Origin: an uncultured Aquiluna sp.
GTDB taxonomy: Bacteria > Actinomycetota > Actinomycetes > Actinomycetales > Microbacteriaceae
NCBI GenBank assembly: GCA_905182225.1
Contig: CAJJAJ010000003.1
Location: 6,886-70,885 of the forward strand
Length of the DNA: 64,000 nt
Direction of reading: 5' to 3'
Each line of letters starts with the position of its first letter. The stretch's first letter is position 1. Below the pieces are notes generated by a model, which saw nothing but the letters and a program-made list of their open reading frames with translations, was not told the origin of the DNA and did no database searches. Shown here in pieces: positions 11,135 to 20,246 of the stretch. Position numbers and translations under genes: made by a program.

Positions 11135-11612
11135 TAACCGCCGACACAGGCGAATAGGAAACAACCAAAAACCCAATCAGCAGATATGGGCCTAACGGTA
11201 TAAGCGTGCGGGGATTTAGTTTTCCAATTACTAAACCAATAAGACCGATTGCGCTTGCCAGAGCCAAGCCAAGACTTAGCGAAAATAAAACCAAAACCGG
11301 CGAATGCCAGCCCAGGCAGATGTGCATCGCAATCAAAAGTTTCACATCGCCCATTCCAATGGCGCCGAATCTAGCTAGCAAGTATCCGACAAAAGCAGTG
11401 ACAATTCCCATGGCAATACCGGACGCGAAATCCAGCCAGAGAGCCCCAAGGAGGCTGGCAAGCAGCGTTCCAGCAATGGCAGAGGCGATCAGGAAATAGG
11501 TGTGCCTATTTGGAAGTCGATGTTCTCTAATGTCAATAACCGACAGCGGAATGGCAAGGGCAGCAATTAGTGCCATCGGGACCAGAGATAGGTAGCCTGC
11601 GGACATGACCAC
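11112..11612 (-). CDS. Prepilin peptidase, A24 family (CpaA/TadV-like)
   Basis: Polytopic protein with both Asp blocks: [12 protein letters not shown] and [14 protein letters not shown]. Its 3' end overlaps the fumC 3' end by 23 nt. Confidence 0.7.
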   Translation of the reverse strand: MVMSAGYLSLVPMALIAALAIPLSVIDIREHRLPNRHTYFLIASAIAGTLLASLLGALWLDFASGIAMGIVTAFVGYLLARFGAIGMGDVKLLIAMHICLGWHSPVLVLFSLSLGLALASAIGLIGLVIGKLNPRTLIPLGPYLLIGFLVVSYSPVSAVITGEALS

Positions 11613-11658
11613 AAGCTAGAACCAAACCGATGAAGCTGCTCTGGGTTATCCCCAGTTA

Positions 11659-13035
11659 CTAATCAAGCAGCTCGGTTACAAGAGCTGCAATTTCGCTTCG
11701 TTCGGATCTAGTCAGAGTGATATGGCTGAAGATTGATTGGCCCTTGAGTTTTTCTACAACCGATGCAACTCCATCGTGCCGTCCAACCCTTAGGTTGTCT
11801 CGCTGCGCCACATCGTGAGTTAAGACAACGCGAGATTTTTGACCAACTCGAGAAAGCATTGTCAAAAGAACGTTCCTCTCAAGCGACTGTGCTTCATCGA
11901 CTATCACAAAGGTGTCGTGAAGCGAACGACCGCGAATATGAGTTAGCGGCAACACTTCTAAGATTCCACGATTCATGATTTCTTCGATTACCTCTTTAGA
12001 GACCAGCGCCCCGAGGGTATCAAAAACTGCCTGTGCCCAAGGGTTCATTTTCTCGGCTTCGGTGCCGGGCAGGTAGCCCATTTCCTGACCGCCAACAGCG
12101 TAAAGCGGGCGGAAAACCATTATCTTCTTGTGTTGGCGTCTTTCCAAAACTGCTTCGAGGCCCGCGCAGAGGGCTAGAGCACTCTTTCCTGTTCCCGCGC
12201 GTCCACCTAGTGAGACGATTCCCATTGCCGGGTCAAGCAGTGAATCAATAGCGAGTCTTTGCTCTGCCGAGCGGCCATGAAGACCAAAAAGCTCTCGATC
12301 ACCCTTGACCAGGCGGATAGTGCGGTTCTCACTTACTCGACCCAGCGCACTTCCTCTCTCGGAAACCAGAACCAGGCCGGTGTTCATCGGGAACTCCCTG
12401 GCCGACTCATGAACTAATTCCTCGTTGTCATAAAGGTTTGCCATGTCATCGCCAGAAAGCGATACCTCAGCAACGCCACTCCACTCATCGGTTGCCAGCT
12501 CGTGGAGATATTCTTCAGCGTTTAGTCCGATGGATGACGCCTTTACTCTCATCGGAAGATCCTTGGAAATCAGAGTTACTTGGAAACCTTCGTTTTGAAG
12601 GTTCGCCGCTACCGCCAAAATACGAGAATCGTTATCTCCCAGCTGAAACCCAGTTGGCAAAATGCTTTGCTCAATGTGGTTTAGCTCTACCCTCAGAGTT
12701 CCGCCATCGCCCACTTCTACGGGGAAATCAAGTCGCTCGTGTTTTTTTCGAAGATCATCCAGAAGGCGCAGGGCCTTTCTTGCGAAAAATCCAATCTCCA
12801 AATCGTTGCGCTTTTTCTCAAGCTCATTGATAACCACGATTGGCAAAACAACTTCGTGTTCGGCGAACCGGAACATTGCTTTTGGGTCGGATAACAGGAC
12901 AGAAGTGTCGAGGACGAATGTCCTCAAAGCGGTTGGTGCTTTTTCCTTTGTTTTTTTGGCTCTTGGGCTCACCGCCTCAGGCTCAATTCCGGCTTTGTTT
13001 TTCGAATTGGTCCTGGGGCTAGAGGTATTTGCCAA
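11659..13035 (-). CDS. PhoH2-type protein (N-terminal PIN domain fused to PhoH ATPase)
   Basis: PIN acidic block [12 protein letters not shown]...PIVVINELE, the PhoH P-loop [13 protein letters not shown], and Walker [10 protein letters not shown]. The start is TTG with CAGGAG upstream. Confidence 0.85.
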   Translation of the reverse strand: MANTSSPRTNSKNKAGIEPEAVSPRAKKTKEKAPTALRTFVLDTSVLLSDPKAMFRFAEHEVVLPIVVINELEKKRNDLEIGFFARKALRLLDDLRKKHERLDFPVEVGDGGTLRVELNHIEQSILPTGFQLGDNDSRILAVAANLQNEGFQVTLISKDLPMRVKASSIGLNAEEYLHELATDEWSGVAEVSLSGDDMANLYDNEELVHESAREFPMNTGLVLVSERGSALGRVSENRTIRLVKGDRELFGLHGRSAEQRLAIDSLLDPAMGIVSLGGRAGTGKSALALCAGLEAVLERRQHKKIMVFRPLYAVGGQEMGYLPGTEAEKMNPWAQAVFDTLGALVSKEVIEEIMNRGILEVLPLTHIRGRSLHDTFVIVDEAQSLERNVLLTMLSRVGQKSRVVLTHDVAQRDNLRVGRHDGVASVVEKLKGQSIFSHITLTRSERSEIAALVTELLD

Positions 13036-13138
13036 TTTGGCTCCTGTCGGTGTGAACCCTTTTTCTAAATCTAGACCTGCGTTTTTCGCAAGGGGAACAA
13101 AGACACGCCGTATGTCAAATCGTTCACGTAACTAATTA

Positions 13139-13900
13139 CTAACTTCCGTAGCGGCGATGCCTGCCTTGAAAGTCTCGAAGCGCCCGCAAAAAATCGACTC
13201 TGCGGAAATCTGGCCAAAGGGCCTCTGCGAAGTAAAACTCGCTATTGGCGCTTTGCCAAAGCAAGAAACCGCTTAGGCGCTGCTCACCGCTGGTTCTAAT
13301 TAGCAAATCTGGGTCTGGCTGGCCGCCAGTGTAAAGGTGCTCGGCAATCAGTTCCGGGGTCATTACCTCGGCAAGCTGGTCAACGGTACTGCCGTCTTTG
13401 GAATGCTTCCGCAATATATCCCGCATTGCATCGGCTATTTCCTTGCGCCCCCCATAGGCAATTGCAAGATTCACATGAGTTCCCGAATTTTTACTTGTCG
13501 CTTTTTCGACCGCTGCCATGCGACCAAGTGATGGGGCAGGGAGTGCCTCTTTGTCCCCTACCATTTGCAGTTTCCAACGCCCAATGTCAGCAAGCTCTTC
13601 GCTCATTGAGACAATAATGTCCACTAGTTCGGTGAGCTCTTGACTAGTTCTTCCCTTGAGGTTGTCGGTGGAAAGTAGATAGAGAGTCACGTGCTTTACG
13701 CCCAGATCAGAGCACCACGATAAAAATTCGATTATCTTTTTTGCCCCGGCAGCATGACCCTGGCCTGCGGCCTCGAAACCTTGCACCTTTGCCCAACGGC
13801 GATTTCCATCCACCATCACACCAATGTGTTTGGGCATGTCCTCTTTGCTGAGGTTCCGCTCAAGAACTTTGGAATAAAGGCCGTATAGCAAATTCTGCAC
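13139..13900 (-). CDS. Z-isoprenyl diphosphate synthase (UppS family; Rv1086-like by context)
   Basis: Motifs HIGVMVDGNRRWA, LYLLSTDNLKGR and DLLIRTSGEQRLSGFLLWQSANSEFYF. It is divergent from a hemolysin-III gene, as I recall for Mtb Rv1086/Rv1085c. Confidence 0.85.
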   Translation of the reverse strand: MQNLLYGLYSKVLERNLSKEDMPKHIGVMVDGNRRWAKVQGFEAAGQGHAAGAKKIIEFLSWCSDLGVKHVTLYLLSTDNLKGRTSQELTELVDIIVSMSEELADIGRWKLQMVGDKEALPAPSLGRMAAVEKATSKNSGTHVNLAIAYGGRKEIADAMRDILRKHSKDGSTVDQLAEVMTPELIAEHLYTGGQPDPDLLIRTSGEQRLSGFLLWQSANSEFYFAEALWPDFRRVDFLRALRDFQGRHRRYGS

Positions 13901-13945
13901 CTCTGAATGCTACCTGAAACAAGTCGATGCCTTAGCCTTGGAACC

Positions 13946-14674
13946 ATGGCCAAGTCAGATTCCCCGGATCCGCTTCACATGCCACTCAACGAGCTCAAGG
14001 GCTCCGTCACACAGGATGACTTTCGACCAAGTTGGAGAGGTTGGATTCATACTGGAGTATTGCCGTTCGTAATCGCAGCCGGTGTTTTACTCATCGTTTT
14101 CTCTGATGGCTGGCAGGCCAAAACTGCTGCGGCGATCTACTTCGCAAGCTCTATTTTGCTTTTTGGAAATTCTGCGCTCTATCACCGCTTTAACTGGGGG
14201 CCAGTTACAAAAGTCATACTGAAGCGCATTGATCACTCAAACATTTTTTTGCTGATTGCTGGAACTTATACTCCGATGGCCGTCACCGCTTTGGTCGCTG
14301 ATAAAGGCGTCTTGCTGTTGTCAGCAGTCTGGGCAATAGCGCTTCTAGGAATTGGCTTTAGGATTTTCTGGATCAATGCTCCCAGGTGGTTATACGTTCC
14401 GATTTATCTAGGAATGGGTTGGATAGCGGTTCTATTCGTTCCGGATTTCCTTGAAACAAACTGGGTCATGATGACGCTGGTAATTGTTGGTGGGCTGTTC
14501 TATTCATTGGGAGCCGTGTTCTACGGACTAAAGCGTCCGAACCCATCTCCGAAGCACTTCGGCTTTCACGAGATTTTCCATGCACTGACGGTTGCGGCAT
14601 TCTTCTGCCACTGGACCGCATGTCTACTTATTGGGCTGGATCCTCTTCTGGGTTCGATCGCTTGGGCTTCATAG
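13946..14674 (+). CDS. Hemolysin III / PAQR family membrane protein
   Basis: Motifs NSALYHRF, IDHSNIFLLIAGTYTP and HEIFHALTVAAFFCHW, with 7 hydrophobic segments. The start is ATG 13946 or ATG 13907. Confidence 0.85.
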   Translation: MAKSDSPDPLHMPLNELKGSVTQDDFRPSWRGWIHTGVLPFVIAAGVLLIVFSDGWQAKTAAAIYFASSILLFGNSALYHRFNWGPVTKVILKRIDHSNIFLLIAGTYTPMAVTALVADKGVLLLSAVWAIALLGIGFRIFWINAPRWLYVPIYLGMGWIAVLFVPDFLETNWVMMTLVIVGGLFYSLGAVFYGLKRPNPSPKHFGFHEIFHALTVAAFFCHWTACLLIGLDPLLGSIAWAS

Positions 14675-14924
14675 GAGGCTCGGGCCGATTCGGCTTGGTA
14701 ATTTCGATGTTTCCGAGCTCTTCTGCTGCGAGCCTTGCCCTTATTTCAGTGCGATAGCGAGTGGCTCTCACTCTGCGATTCATGTCAAAAATGAGTGCGA
14801 TGGCAATGCCGGCCACCGAAAAAGTTACTATGAAGCCAATGAGTCCGGGTGAGTTATAAGTGTCATCCGGCACCGGGATTGGCGTGGCGGTAACTTCAAT
14901 CAGTATCGCTAGCAAGAAATCCAT
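14628..14924 (-). CDS. Hypothetical small single-pass membrane protein
   Basis: 98-aa ORF with one clear TM segment (GLIGFIVTFSVAGIAIALIF) and a basic, Pro-rich tail. It overlaps the hemolysin-III 3' end by 47 nt. No family was recognised. Confidence 0.4.
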   Translation of the reverse strand: MDFLLAILIEVTATPIPVPDDTYNSPGLIGFIVTFSVAGIAIALIFDMNRRVRATRYRTEIRARLAAEELGNIEITKPNRPEPPMKPKRSNPEEDPAQ

Positions 14925-14963
14925 TACTCAAGTATTCCACCTGTGCCTTAAACTTTTCTCACT

Positions 14964-15356
14964 ATGAGTGCAAATGAAGATCTGCTAGCTGAGCGTTACG
15001 GGGCCAAGAGGCCCAGTAACCCCGCCAGAAATCGAGTGCTTTCGATACTGGGTGTTACCGGACTTGTCGCAATGGCTGGATATTTCGCGTGGGCAAACTA
15101 CTCACCAGTCGTAAGTACCGACGTGGGGTTTCGAGTAATTTCAGAATGGCGTACCGAAGTTGACTTTGAGTTGAGTAAACCGGTCGATGCGGTTGTTGTC
15201 TGCTCTTTCGAAGCACTGGATAACAGCTTCGGTGTTGTTGGCTGGGCAGAGTATGAATTTGGACCCTCCGATACCGAAACCAACCGGTACACCATAAAAC
15301 TCAACACATATTCGATGGCTGTAACCGGCTTGGTCGACGAGTGCAGGCTGCGATAG
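14964..15356 (+). CDS. Conserved actinobacterial membrane-anchored protein (DUF4307-like)
   Basis: The N-terminal TM anchor (VLSILGVTGLVAMAGYFAWANY) and the position directly upstream of greA match what I recall for DUF4307. The family call is from memory only. Confidence 0.5.
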   Translation: MSANEDLLAERYGAKRPSNPARNRVLSILGVTGLVAMAGYFAWANYSPVVSTDVGFRVISEWRTEVDFELSKPVDAVVVCSFEALDNSFGVVGWAEYEFGPSDTETNRYTIKLNTYSMAVTGLVDECRLR

Positions 15357-15407
15357 AGTGTTTACGGCTCGCTAGGCGAGCTGTTTTAATACCCGAAAGA
15401 GATTTTT

Positions 15408-15914
15408 ATGAGCGACGACCTACTGCTTACCCAAGCGGCCTTTGACAGGCTCATGGCTGAACTCACTCAACTAATGACAGTCGAGCGAGGGCTTATTAGC
15501 CGCAAAATCCAAGAGGCCCGCGAAGAAGGCGACCTGAAAGAAAACGGCGGCTACCACGCCGCTAAAGAAGAGCAAGGCAAACTGGAATCCAGAATCAACC
15601 GACTGCAAAACATGCTCGGCAATGCTCAGATCGGCGAAGCGGATCCTTCTGATGGGGTCGTCAAACAGGGGCTTGTTGTTAGCTGCAAACTAAATGGTTC
15701 TCCAATGGAATTTTACCTAGGTAGCAATGAAGTTTTCGACGGCACTGAATTTCAGGCAAAAATCGACGAGGGAGACTTGGACGTTTACAGCCCAGATTCA
15801 CCTATTGGCAAAGCGGTGATGGGACAGAAAGTTGGGAGCTCCGTTAGCTTCAGCGCTCCAAACGGCAAGGAAATTTCAGTAGAAATTTCCGGAATAAAAA
15901 ACTTTAATTTTTAG
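15408..15914 (+). CDS. greA: Transcription elongation factor GreA
   Basis: Sequence IQEAREEGDLKENGGYHAAKEEQGKLESRINRLQNML and a C-terminal FKBP-like domain. The length is 168 aa. Confidence 0.95.
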   Translation: MSDDLLLTQAAFDRLMAELTQLMTVERGLISRKIQEAREEGDLKENGGYHAAKEEQGKLESRINRLQNMLGNAQIGEADPSDGVVKQGLVVSCKLNGSPMEFYLGSNEVFDGTEFQAKIDEGDLDVYSPDSPIGKAVMGQKVGSSVSFSAPNGKEISVEISGIKNFNF

Positions 15915-17146
15915 TCTTCAGTCATCCTCGGGCTGAGGCCCGCTGCCTTCAGAGACTCGAAAACCTCGTCGCGGTGAGACTTCCCGCGAGTCTCAATACT
16001 CAAATCTAATTCAACCTCGCTTATTTGAAGACCGTTGCCGTGCCTCGTGTGAAGAACCTCTACGACGTTGGCTCCGGCGGCGGCCACGGCCTGTGCGGTA
16101 AGCACAAGCTGCCCGGGACGGTCTGGAAGCATCACAGCGATGTTTGTGTAGCGATCGGATGCAGCTAGCCCGTGACGAATAACCCGCTGCAACAGCAGTG
16201 GGTCGATGTTTCCGCCGGAAAGTATTACGGCAGTTGTTCCGGAAAGTTTTACCTTGTTCGCCAAAATTGCCGCAACTCCAACCGCTCCACCGGCTTCGAC
16301 TACAAGCTTTGACTTCTCCATGACAATGACCATGGCCTTAGCCATCTCGTCTTCGGTGACGGTAACTATTTCGTCGACATGCTGACTTATAAGATCGAAT
16401 GGTATCTGACCGGGTTTAGCCACGGCGATTCCGTCTGCGATCGTGGGTGACATTTTTATTGCAACCGGCTTTCCGGCTGCAATGGACCCTGGATAAGCCG
16501 CTGCCGCCTCAGCCTGAATTGCAATCACCTTGATCTTCTTGCCTCGCTTTTCAGCAGCCAGTTTTGCGACGGTTGCAACTCCTGCAGCTAAGCCGCCGCC
16601 GCCCAAGCAAACCAAGATGTTATCGACATCGGGTAAGTCTTCAAGAATTTCAAGGCCCACGGTGCCCTGTCCAATAACTACGTCGCGATCGTCAAAAGGT
16701 GGAATAAAAACCGCGCCTGATTTCTCGGTGTATTCCCGAGCAGCCTTCATCGTCTCGTCGACAATCCCACCAGCCAGTATTACCTCGGCTCCAAAGTCTA
16801 AGGTTGCCTGATATTTGGGAAGCGATGCTCCTATCGGCATGTAAATAGTTGCACTAATTCCAAGTTCCTTGGCCGCGTAAGCAACTCCCTGCGCGTGATT
16901 TCCTGCCGATGCAGCAACTACTCCACGCGATCGTTGCTCCGGTGAAAGTTTAGAGATGATGTTGAAGGCACCGCGGAGCTTAAAGGAACCGGTGCGCTGA
17001 AGATTTTCACACTTGAAAAACACCGGGCTGCCGGTGTACTCGCTTAGCCAATCACTTTGAATTAGCGGCGTTCTTACCGCAACATCAATGATTGTCTGCT
17101 GAGCCTCTTCGAATTGCTCTAGCCCGATTGGTTCAATTGCTGCCAT
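15911..17146 (-). CDS. ilvA: Threonine ammonia-lyase (short form)
   Basis: PLP-lysine block FFKCENLQRTGSFKLRGAFN, a GGGGL loop, and a single C-terminal ACT-like domain. Confidence 0.9.
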   Translation of the reverse strand: MAAIEPIGLEQFEEAQQTIIDVAVRTPLIQSDWLSEYTGSPVFFKCENLQRTGSFKLRGAFNIISKLSPEQRSRGVVAASAGNHAQGVAYAAKELGISATIYMPIGASLPKYQATLDFGAEVILAGGIVDETMKAAREYTEKSGAVFIPPFDDRDVVIGQGTVGLEILEDLPDVDNILVCLGGGGLAAGVATVAKLAAEKRGKKIKVIAIQAEAAAAYPGSIAAGKPVAIKMSPTIADGIAVAKPGQIPFDLISQHVDEIVTVTEDEMAKAMVIVMEKSKLVVEAGGAVGVAAILANKVKLSGTTAVILSGGNIDPLLLQRVIRHGLAASDRYTNIAVMLPDRPGQLVLTAQAVAAAGANVVEVLHTRHGNGLQISEVELDLSIETRGKSHRDEVFESLKAAGLSPRMTED

Positions 17147-17188
17147 TAGAAAACCTCAAAATCTAAGAATGGATAAGAGTCTAGTGAT

Positions 17189-18076
17189 TCAGAAGCTCTT
17201 GCCAATCTGCTTAAGTCTTTCGACTCGCTTGGGAATCGGAGGGTGGGTTGAAAATGCCCTCTCGACTAGTCCCGGTTTCAACGGGTCATTTATGTACATG
17301 TGAGCCATCGCAGAGTTTGCACGCTTCATAGGCTTTCCAAATTCTCCGAGCTTAACAAGTGCCGACGCCAGTCCGTCTGGGTAGCGAGTCATCTGCACTC
17401 CGGAGGCATCGGCCAGATATTCACGCTGCCTGGAGACAGCAGCCGAAACCATCGGTCCGATTAGCCAAGCGATTATCATTCCGACAACCCCTGCTAAGAC
17501 AAGAATCAGACCGAGCTGACCGCTATTGCGATTGTTTCCCATTCTGGAATAGAAGGACATCCGAATCGCTATGTCTGCCAGAATCCCGACCGCAGAAATA
17601 AGCCCAAAAACAATCATGGAGACCCGGATGTCATAGTTTTTTACGTGAGACATCTCATGAGCCATGACTCCCTCCAGCTCGTTGTCATCCATGATCTCTA
17701 GCAAGCCGGTTGTAACACCAACAACTGCGTTTTCAGGATCTCTTCCAGTAGCAAAGGCGTTTGGTGCGGCCTCCTCAATCAGGTAGACCTTAGGCATAGG
17801 CATACCCTGCGAGATGCTCAGATTCTCTACTATGTTCCACAGTCTTGGATTATCTTTTTTCTCAATTTGCTTAGCTCCACTGACGGCAATCGCTATTCGC
17901 GATCCTGCGTAGTACTGGGTCAACGCGTAAACAACCGCAAATGCGACGATAAATATCGCACTGGACCCATTTCCGCTGTAGACACCCCAAAGCCATGCAA
18001 TACCACCGAGAAGCACAATGAAACCGGTGATTATAAATACGGTATTTCTTTTATTTCTGGCAATCGCCGAGTACAT
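17189..18076 (-). CDS. htpX: M48 zinc metalloprotease HtpX
   Basis: HEMSHVKNYD (HExxH), four TM segments, and a C-terminal HPPIPKRV block. Confidence 0.9.
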   Translation of the reverse strand: MYSAIARNKRNTVFIITGFIVLLGGIAWLWGVYSGNGSSAIFIVAFAVVYALTQYYAGSRIAIAVSGAKQIEKKDNPRLWNIVENLSISQGMPMPKVYLIEEAAPNAFATGRDPENAVVGVTTGLLEIMDDNELEGVMAHEMSHVKNYDIRVSMIVFGLISAVGILADIAIRMSFYSRMGNNRNSGQLGLILVLAGVVGMIIAWLIGPMVSAAVSRQREYLADASGVQMTRYPDGLASALVKLGEFGKPMKRANSAMAHMYINDPLKPGLVERAFSTHPPIPKRVERLKQIGKSF

Positions 18077-18085
18077 GTAGGGCGC

Positions 18086-18655
18086 TTAGAACTTAACGGT
18101 AGGCGGCTCTGCAATGGCATCTGGGTCTTCAACCTCGAAGAACTCGCGCTCAGAGAAACCTAGGTTTGAGGCAAAAATATTATTTGGGAACTGCAAGATC
18201 TTGGTATTCAATTCGCGAACTCCGCCATTGAAAAAGCGTCTGGCCGCCATTACTTTGTCCTCGGTGTCTGTAAGCTCGCGCTGCAGCTCTAGAAAGTTAG
18301 TTGATGCCACCAATACCGGATAAGCCTCAGATACCGCAAAAAGGCTCTTCAGGGCCCCCTGAAGGGCTCCCTCGGCCTTTCCAGCTTGCGCTGGGTGCTC
18401 GAGCGCCTCAGGCGAAATTGTGGCAGCACGTGCCTTGGTTACATTTTCAAAAACTTCTTTTTCGTGTGAGGCATAGCCTCGAACGGTTTCAATCAGATTG
18501 GGGATTAAGTCTGCTCTGCGCTTGAGCTGAACGGTGATGTCGCTCCAGGCCTCATCCACCCGGACCTTTAGGGCCACAAGAGCGTTGTATGTCACCCACA
18601 GGTAAAGCCCCAGGAGCACTACTAATCCGATTACGACCCAAATTGCGATATCCAC
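18086..18655 (-). CDS. LemA family protein
   Basis: N-terminal TM segment and the LemA core YNALVALKVRVDEAWSDITVQLKRRADLIPNL...AARRFFN. It is paired with htpX, as is typical. Confidence 0.85.
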   Translation of the reverse strand: MDIAIWVVIGLVVLLGLYLWVTYNALVALKVRVDEAWSDITVQLKRRADLIPNLIETVRGYASHEKEVFENVTKARAATISPEALEHPAQAGKAEGALQGALKSLFAVSEAYPVLVASTNFLELQRELTDTEDKVMAARRFFNGGVRELNTKILQFPNNIFASNLGFSEREFFEVEDPDAIAEPPTVKF

Positions 18656-18717
18656 ATTATTCCTTAGCGTCTAGACCCAAAGACTATGCCCTTTTGCTGT
18701 GATGTGTCTGACAGACC

Positions 18718-18793
18718 TGGTGCCCCGAGTGGGACTCGAACCCACACTGTGACGATTTTAAGTCGTCTGCCTCTGCCATTGGGCTATCGGGGC
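18718..18793 (-). tRNA. tRNA with anticodon UAA (Leu by anticodon) but class-I architecture
   Basis: The reverse complement folds as GCCCCGA-UA-GCC-CAAUGGCAGA-GGC-A-GACGA-CUUAAAA-UCGUC-ACAGU-GUGGG-UUCGAGU-CCCAC-UCGGGGC-A-CCA. It is 76 nt with perfect acceptor, anticodon and T stems and an encoded CCA. Confidence 0.8.
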
Positions 18794-18840
18794 AAAGAAC
18801 AAAATTCCAAGGAATCCTCCAAGGTTTTTTGTCCTAGAAC

Positions 18841-20232
18841 TTACTTTCCAGTTTTGGCAGCCCATGTTTCAAAGAATAATCGTGGGTTACGCATTGCCTC
18901 GACACTTGAAAGGTCGCGGCCTAGGAAGATGTTCCAGAACCAGCCCGAAACCACACGAATTTTGCGTTCCCAGGTTGGCATTGCAAGCCCATGATAACCA
19001 CGGTGGGCTATCCATGCGACAAAACCAGTTAGGCCAATTTTCCCGGACTGAAAAACTCCAACTCCAATACCGAGTCCAGCAACTGCCCCGAGGTTCTTGT
19101 GGTGATACTCGTGAGGAGCTTCTCCTCGAATATCTCCGACAATGTTCTTGGCCAAAAGCTTTGCCTGACGAACTGCATGCTGAGCGTTTGGCACGCAGTA
19201 GCCTCCGACACCACCACCCGAGGTATCTGGAACAGCGGCTACGTCACCTGCGGTCCAGGCACCCTTGATAACTTTTTTGCCGTCGACAATTTGTAATTTG
19301 GTGTTAGCCGAAATGCGGAGCCTGTCATCCAGCGGGAAGTCGCAGTTCTTCACAACCGGTGCCGCGGCAACGCCCGCAGTCCAAATAATCAGACCTGACT
19401 CCATCGACTGTCCGGTGGACAAGGTGACCAGACCCTTGTCGGCTGAAGATAGCTGAGTGTTTAGGTGCACTCTCGCATTACGTTTCTCTAGGTTGGCTAT
19501 CACCCAGAGCGAAGTTTTCAGGGAAACCTCAGGCATAATTCGCCCGGCTGCCTCAACCAAGTGAAATTCAATTTCCTCGAAATCAATCTGAGGGTAATAG
19601 CGAACCAAGGCGGTTGCTGCACTTAGAAGTTCAGCAAAAGCCTCCACTCCGGCAAAACCACCACCGACAACCACGGTGGTCAACAATCGTCTTCGTGTCT
19701 TGCTGTTTTTGGGAAGTGCCGCCGCTCGTTCAAAGTTGCCGACCATGCGGTTGCGGATCTCAACGGCCTCCTCGACCGTCTTGATTCCAATTGCCTCTTC
19801 GGCGACTCCCTTAATCGGAAAGGTTCTGGTTACGGCTCCGGCCGTCATGATTATTTGGTCATATTCCAAAACTCTGTTTTTGCCACCGGGAACCTTAACC
19901 GTTGCCTTTTTTAGCTTGTGGTTCACCTTGGTCATGCTTCCGGCAATAAGCGTGGTCTTCCTCAAATGCTGACGGTGCGAGACGATAACGTGGCGGGGCT
20001 CGATTGAGCCGGCCGCAACTTCAGGCAAAAATGGCTGGTAAGTCATGTAGGGAAGCGGATCAACGAGCGTTATTTCAGCTTCGTTCTTGCCCAAGACTTT
20101 CTCGAGCTTCCAGGCAGTGTAAAAGCCGGCATAGCCTCCGCCAATGATGAGTATCTGCTGCTTAGGCTTTGGGTCAAATATTTTTTCTGCCACAGCTTTA
20201 GGGGTCTTGGAGTTCAGTTTCGCAATAGTCAT
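18841..20232 (-). CDS. ndh: Type II NADH dehydrogenase (NDH-2)
   Basis: Two dinucleotide folds, ILIIGGGYAGF and VVVGGGFAGVE, plus the AGDVAA block. The length is 463 aa. Confidence 0.9.
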   Translation of the reverse strand: MTIAKLNSKTPKAVAEKIFDPKPKQQILIIGGGYAGFYTAWKLEKVLGKNEAEITLVDPLPYMTYQPFLPEVAAGSIEPRHVIVSHRQHLRKTTLIAGSMTKVNHKLKKATVKVPGGKNRVLEYDQIIMTAGAVTRTFPIKGVAEEAIGIKTVEEAVEIRNRMVGNFERAAALPKNSKTRRRLLTTVVVGGGFAGVEAFAELLSAATALVRYYPQIDFEEIEFHLVEAAGRIMPEVSLKTSLWVIANLEKRNARVHLNTQLSSADKGLVTLSTGQSMESGLIIWTAGVAAAPVVKNCDFPLDDRLRISANTKLQIVDGKKVIKGAWTAGDVAAVPDTSGGGVGGYCVPNAQHAVRQAKLLAKNIVGDIRGEAPHEYHHKNLGAVAGLGIGVGVFQSGKIGLTGFVAWIAHRGYHGLAMPTWERKIRVVSGWFWNIFLGRDLSSVEAMRNPRLFFETWAAKTGK

Positions 20233-20246
20233 GATGTTTGCGCTGG

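Noticed and set aside
13036-13138. A small antitoxin-like ORF upstream of phoH2 (PhoAT-type arrangement reported in mycobacteria)
   Set aside because: I could not find any plausible small ORF with an RBS in the 103-bp spacer.
18686-18994. A 102-aa plus-strand ORF
   Set aside because: It overlaps the tRNA and the 3' end of ndh, with no supporting features.
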